DNA of 64,000 bases from an uncultured Acidimicrobiales bacterium (GTDB lineage: Bacteria > Actinomycetota > Acidimicrobiia > Acidimicrobiales > SHLQ01), in the NCBI GenBank assembly GCA_937934655.1, contig CALGZB010000056.1:2147-66146 (forward strand). Reading direction: 5' to 3'. Made by a program: the position numbers and the translations under genes. Of the stretch, positions 63,174 through 64,000 are shown one piece after another (the first letter of the stretch is position 1; each line of letters starts with the position of its first letter). Under the pieces are notes generated by a model, which had not been told where the DNA came from, did not search any database, and worked only from the letters and a program-made list of their open reading frames with translations.

Positions 63174-63779
63174 GTGAAGATCCGTGTAGTGAGTCTCGCA
63201 GCTTGGGCGCTGCTGGTGGTGGCAACGGCCTCATGTTCTTCGCCCGCGCCGACCGCCGAGCAGACCTTCGATGCCTTGGTAGTCGGTTCTCCGACACCGC
63301 TTGCGCTCTCGGACAAGGGATTTTTGGACAACCTTGACGACGGACAACAGCTCCTCGCTGTCGAACTCGAGAGTTTCTGGAGTACCTACAACGTCTTTAA
63401 CTCGGAGGACGCCGACAGCAGCTCCCGCGAGGTCTTTCTCGACACAAGCGATCAGGTGCTCCGAACGATCGATACCGAACTCGAACGCCAAGAGATCGAT
63501 CTCTTTCTCACCGAATCAGCCGATCTTCGTCAGACATTTGCCCCGTATCTAGGATTGTGGCGGACCGTCTACGACGCACTGGTCGAGGTGCGTGACGGGG
63601 TCGACGGAAACGACCCGGAGCGACAGCAACAGGGGGCTGACCTCTATGCCCGCCAGATCGAAGCGGTCGCCCAGGCGGACTTTGATCGAGTTGCCCGAGC
63701 GGTCGATCAGCTCGATCCCGAAACCGCTCGTCAGTTTCTTGAAGCTGAGGGGCTAAACCCGGCGGACTTCGGCCTCTAG
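63174..63779 (+). CDS. Hypothetical helical lipoprotein
   Basis: GTG start and lipobox ATASC. The remainder is acidic and helical, with no recognisable domain. Confidence 0.5.
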   Translation: MKIRVVSLAAWALLVVATASCSSPAPTAEQTFDALVVGSPTPLALSDKGFLDNLDDGQQLLAVELESFWSTYNVFNSEDADSSSREVFLDTSDQVLRTIDTELERQEIDLFLTESADLRQTFAPYLGLWRTVYDALVEVRDGVDGNDPERQQQGADLYARQIEAVAQADFDRVARAVDQLDPETARQFLEAEGLNPADFGL

Positions 63780-63795
63780 CCGCTACTCTGCTCTA

Positions 63796-64000
63796 GTGGC
63801 ATCGCCTTCATTTCAAGCGCCGAAAGGCACCCGAGATATCCTTCCCCCGCAGTCGACAAGACAGCGGGCGCTTATCGATCTGTTCGCCGAGGTCGTCGAG
63901 CGGGCTAGCTACGGGGCAATCAGCACCCCGATGTTTGAAGACATCGGGGTGTTTCTTCGTCTTGGCGAGGCCACCGACGTGGTCACCAAGGAGATGTATG
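63796..64000 (+). CDS. hisS: Histidine--tRNA ligase, N-terminal fragment (continues beyond window)
   Basis: My translation from the GTG near 63796 gives ASPSFQAPKGTRDILPPQSTRQRALIDLFAEVVERASYGAISTPMFEDIGVFLRLGEATDVVTKEMY. This matches HisS motif 1 and the PKGTRD signature. It is absent from the track because it is open-ended. Confidence 0.8.
   Translation, partial: MASPSFQAPKGTRDILPPQSTRQRALIDLFAEVVERASYGAISTPMFEDIGVFLRLGEATDVVTKEMY

Overview
This is a GC-rich, densely packed chromosomal segment that looks actinobacterial. Lineage markers I recognise by eye are a WhiB regulator, an MtrA/MtrB-like two-component pair followed by a GerMN lipoprotein, a class E sortase, a Ppm1-type GT2, DUF3040, and a MoxR-DUF58-transglutaminase triad.

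I call about 65 CDS, and many are linked by ATGA/GTGA start-stop overlaps. I found one clear ncRNA, bacterial type A RNase P RNA at about 22252-22627 on the minus strand. I saw no rRNA, tRNA, CRISPR array, transposase or integrase.

The first ~24 kb is unusually rich in exported or cell-envelope proteins. These include an SLT lipoprotein, an M23-like lipoprotein, a CPBP protease, a GH140-like enzyme, a PD40+RTX protein, an SGNH lipoprotein, PBP1A, a DUF4397-like protein, a membrane pentapeptide-repeat protein, a CBM-CBM-GH5 enzyme, sortase E, an RTX+GH26-like enzyme and an S1 protease. Many of them carry Thr/Pro/Gln low-complexity linkers encoded by DNA tandem repeats and putative Ca-binding modules.

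The remaining ~40 kb is core housekeeping:
- trpD, queG, glpK, pfkA, mtrAB and dinB
- the conserved block ruvCAB-queA-tgt-yajC-secDF-apt-relA ... hisS

I did not find a convincing multi-gene novel system such as a defence island. The items most worth a second look are:
- an orphan SMC/RecF-like coiled-coil protein in which every ATPase motif is degenerate (29775-31724)
- an apparently circularly permuted SGNH hydrolase lipoprotein (8296-9150)
- a candidate 6C-like small RNA with two C-rich hairpin loops and a terminator (~9270-9356)
- a 4x CU-rich tandem repeat that is nearly the inverse of the tgt ribosome-binding site (54709-54801)
- a NUDIX hydrolase translationally coupled to dinB
- Sec-signal proteins carrying RTX beta-roll repeats

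All domain calls come from motif recognition by eye, with no database or covariance-model search. Start codons are often uncertain. Coordinates I read directly from the sequence rather than deriving from the ORF track may be off by 1-2 nt.
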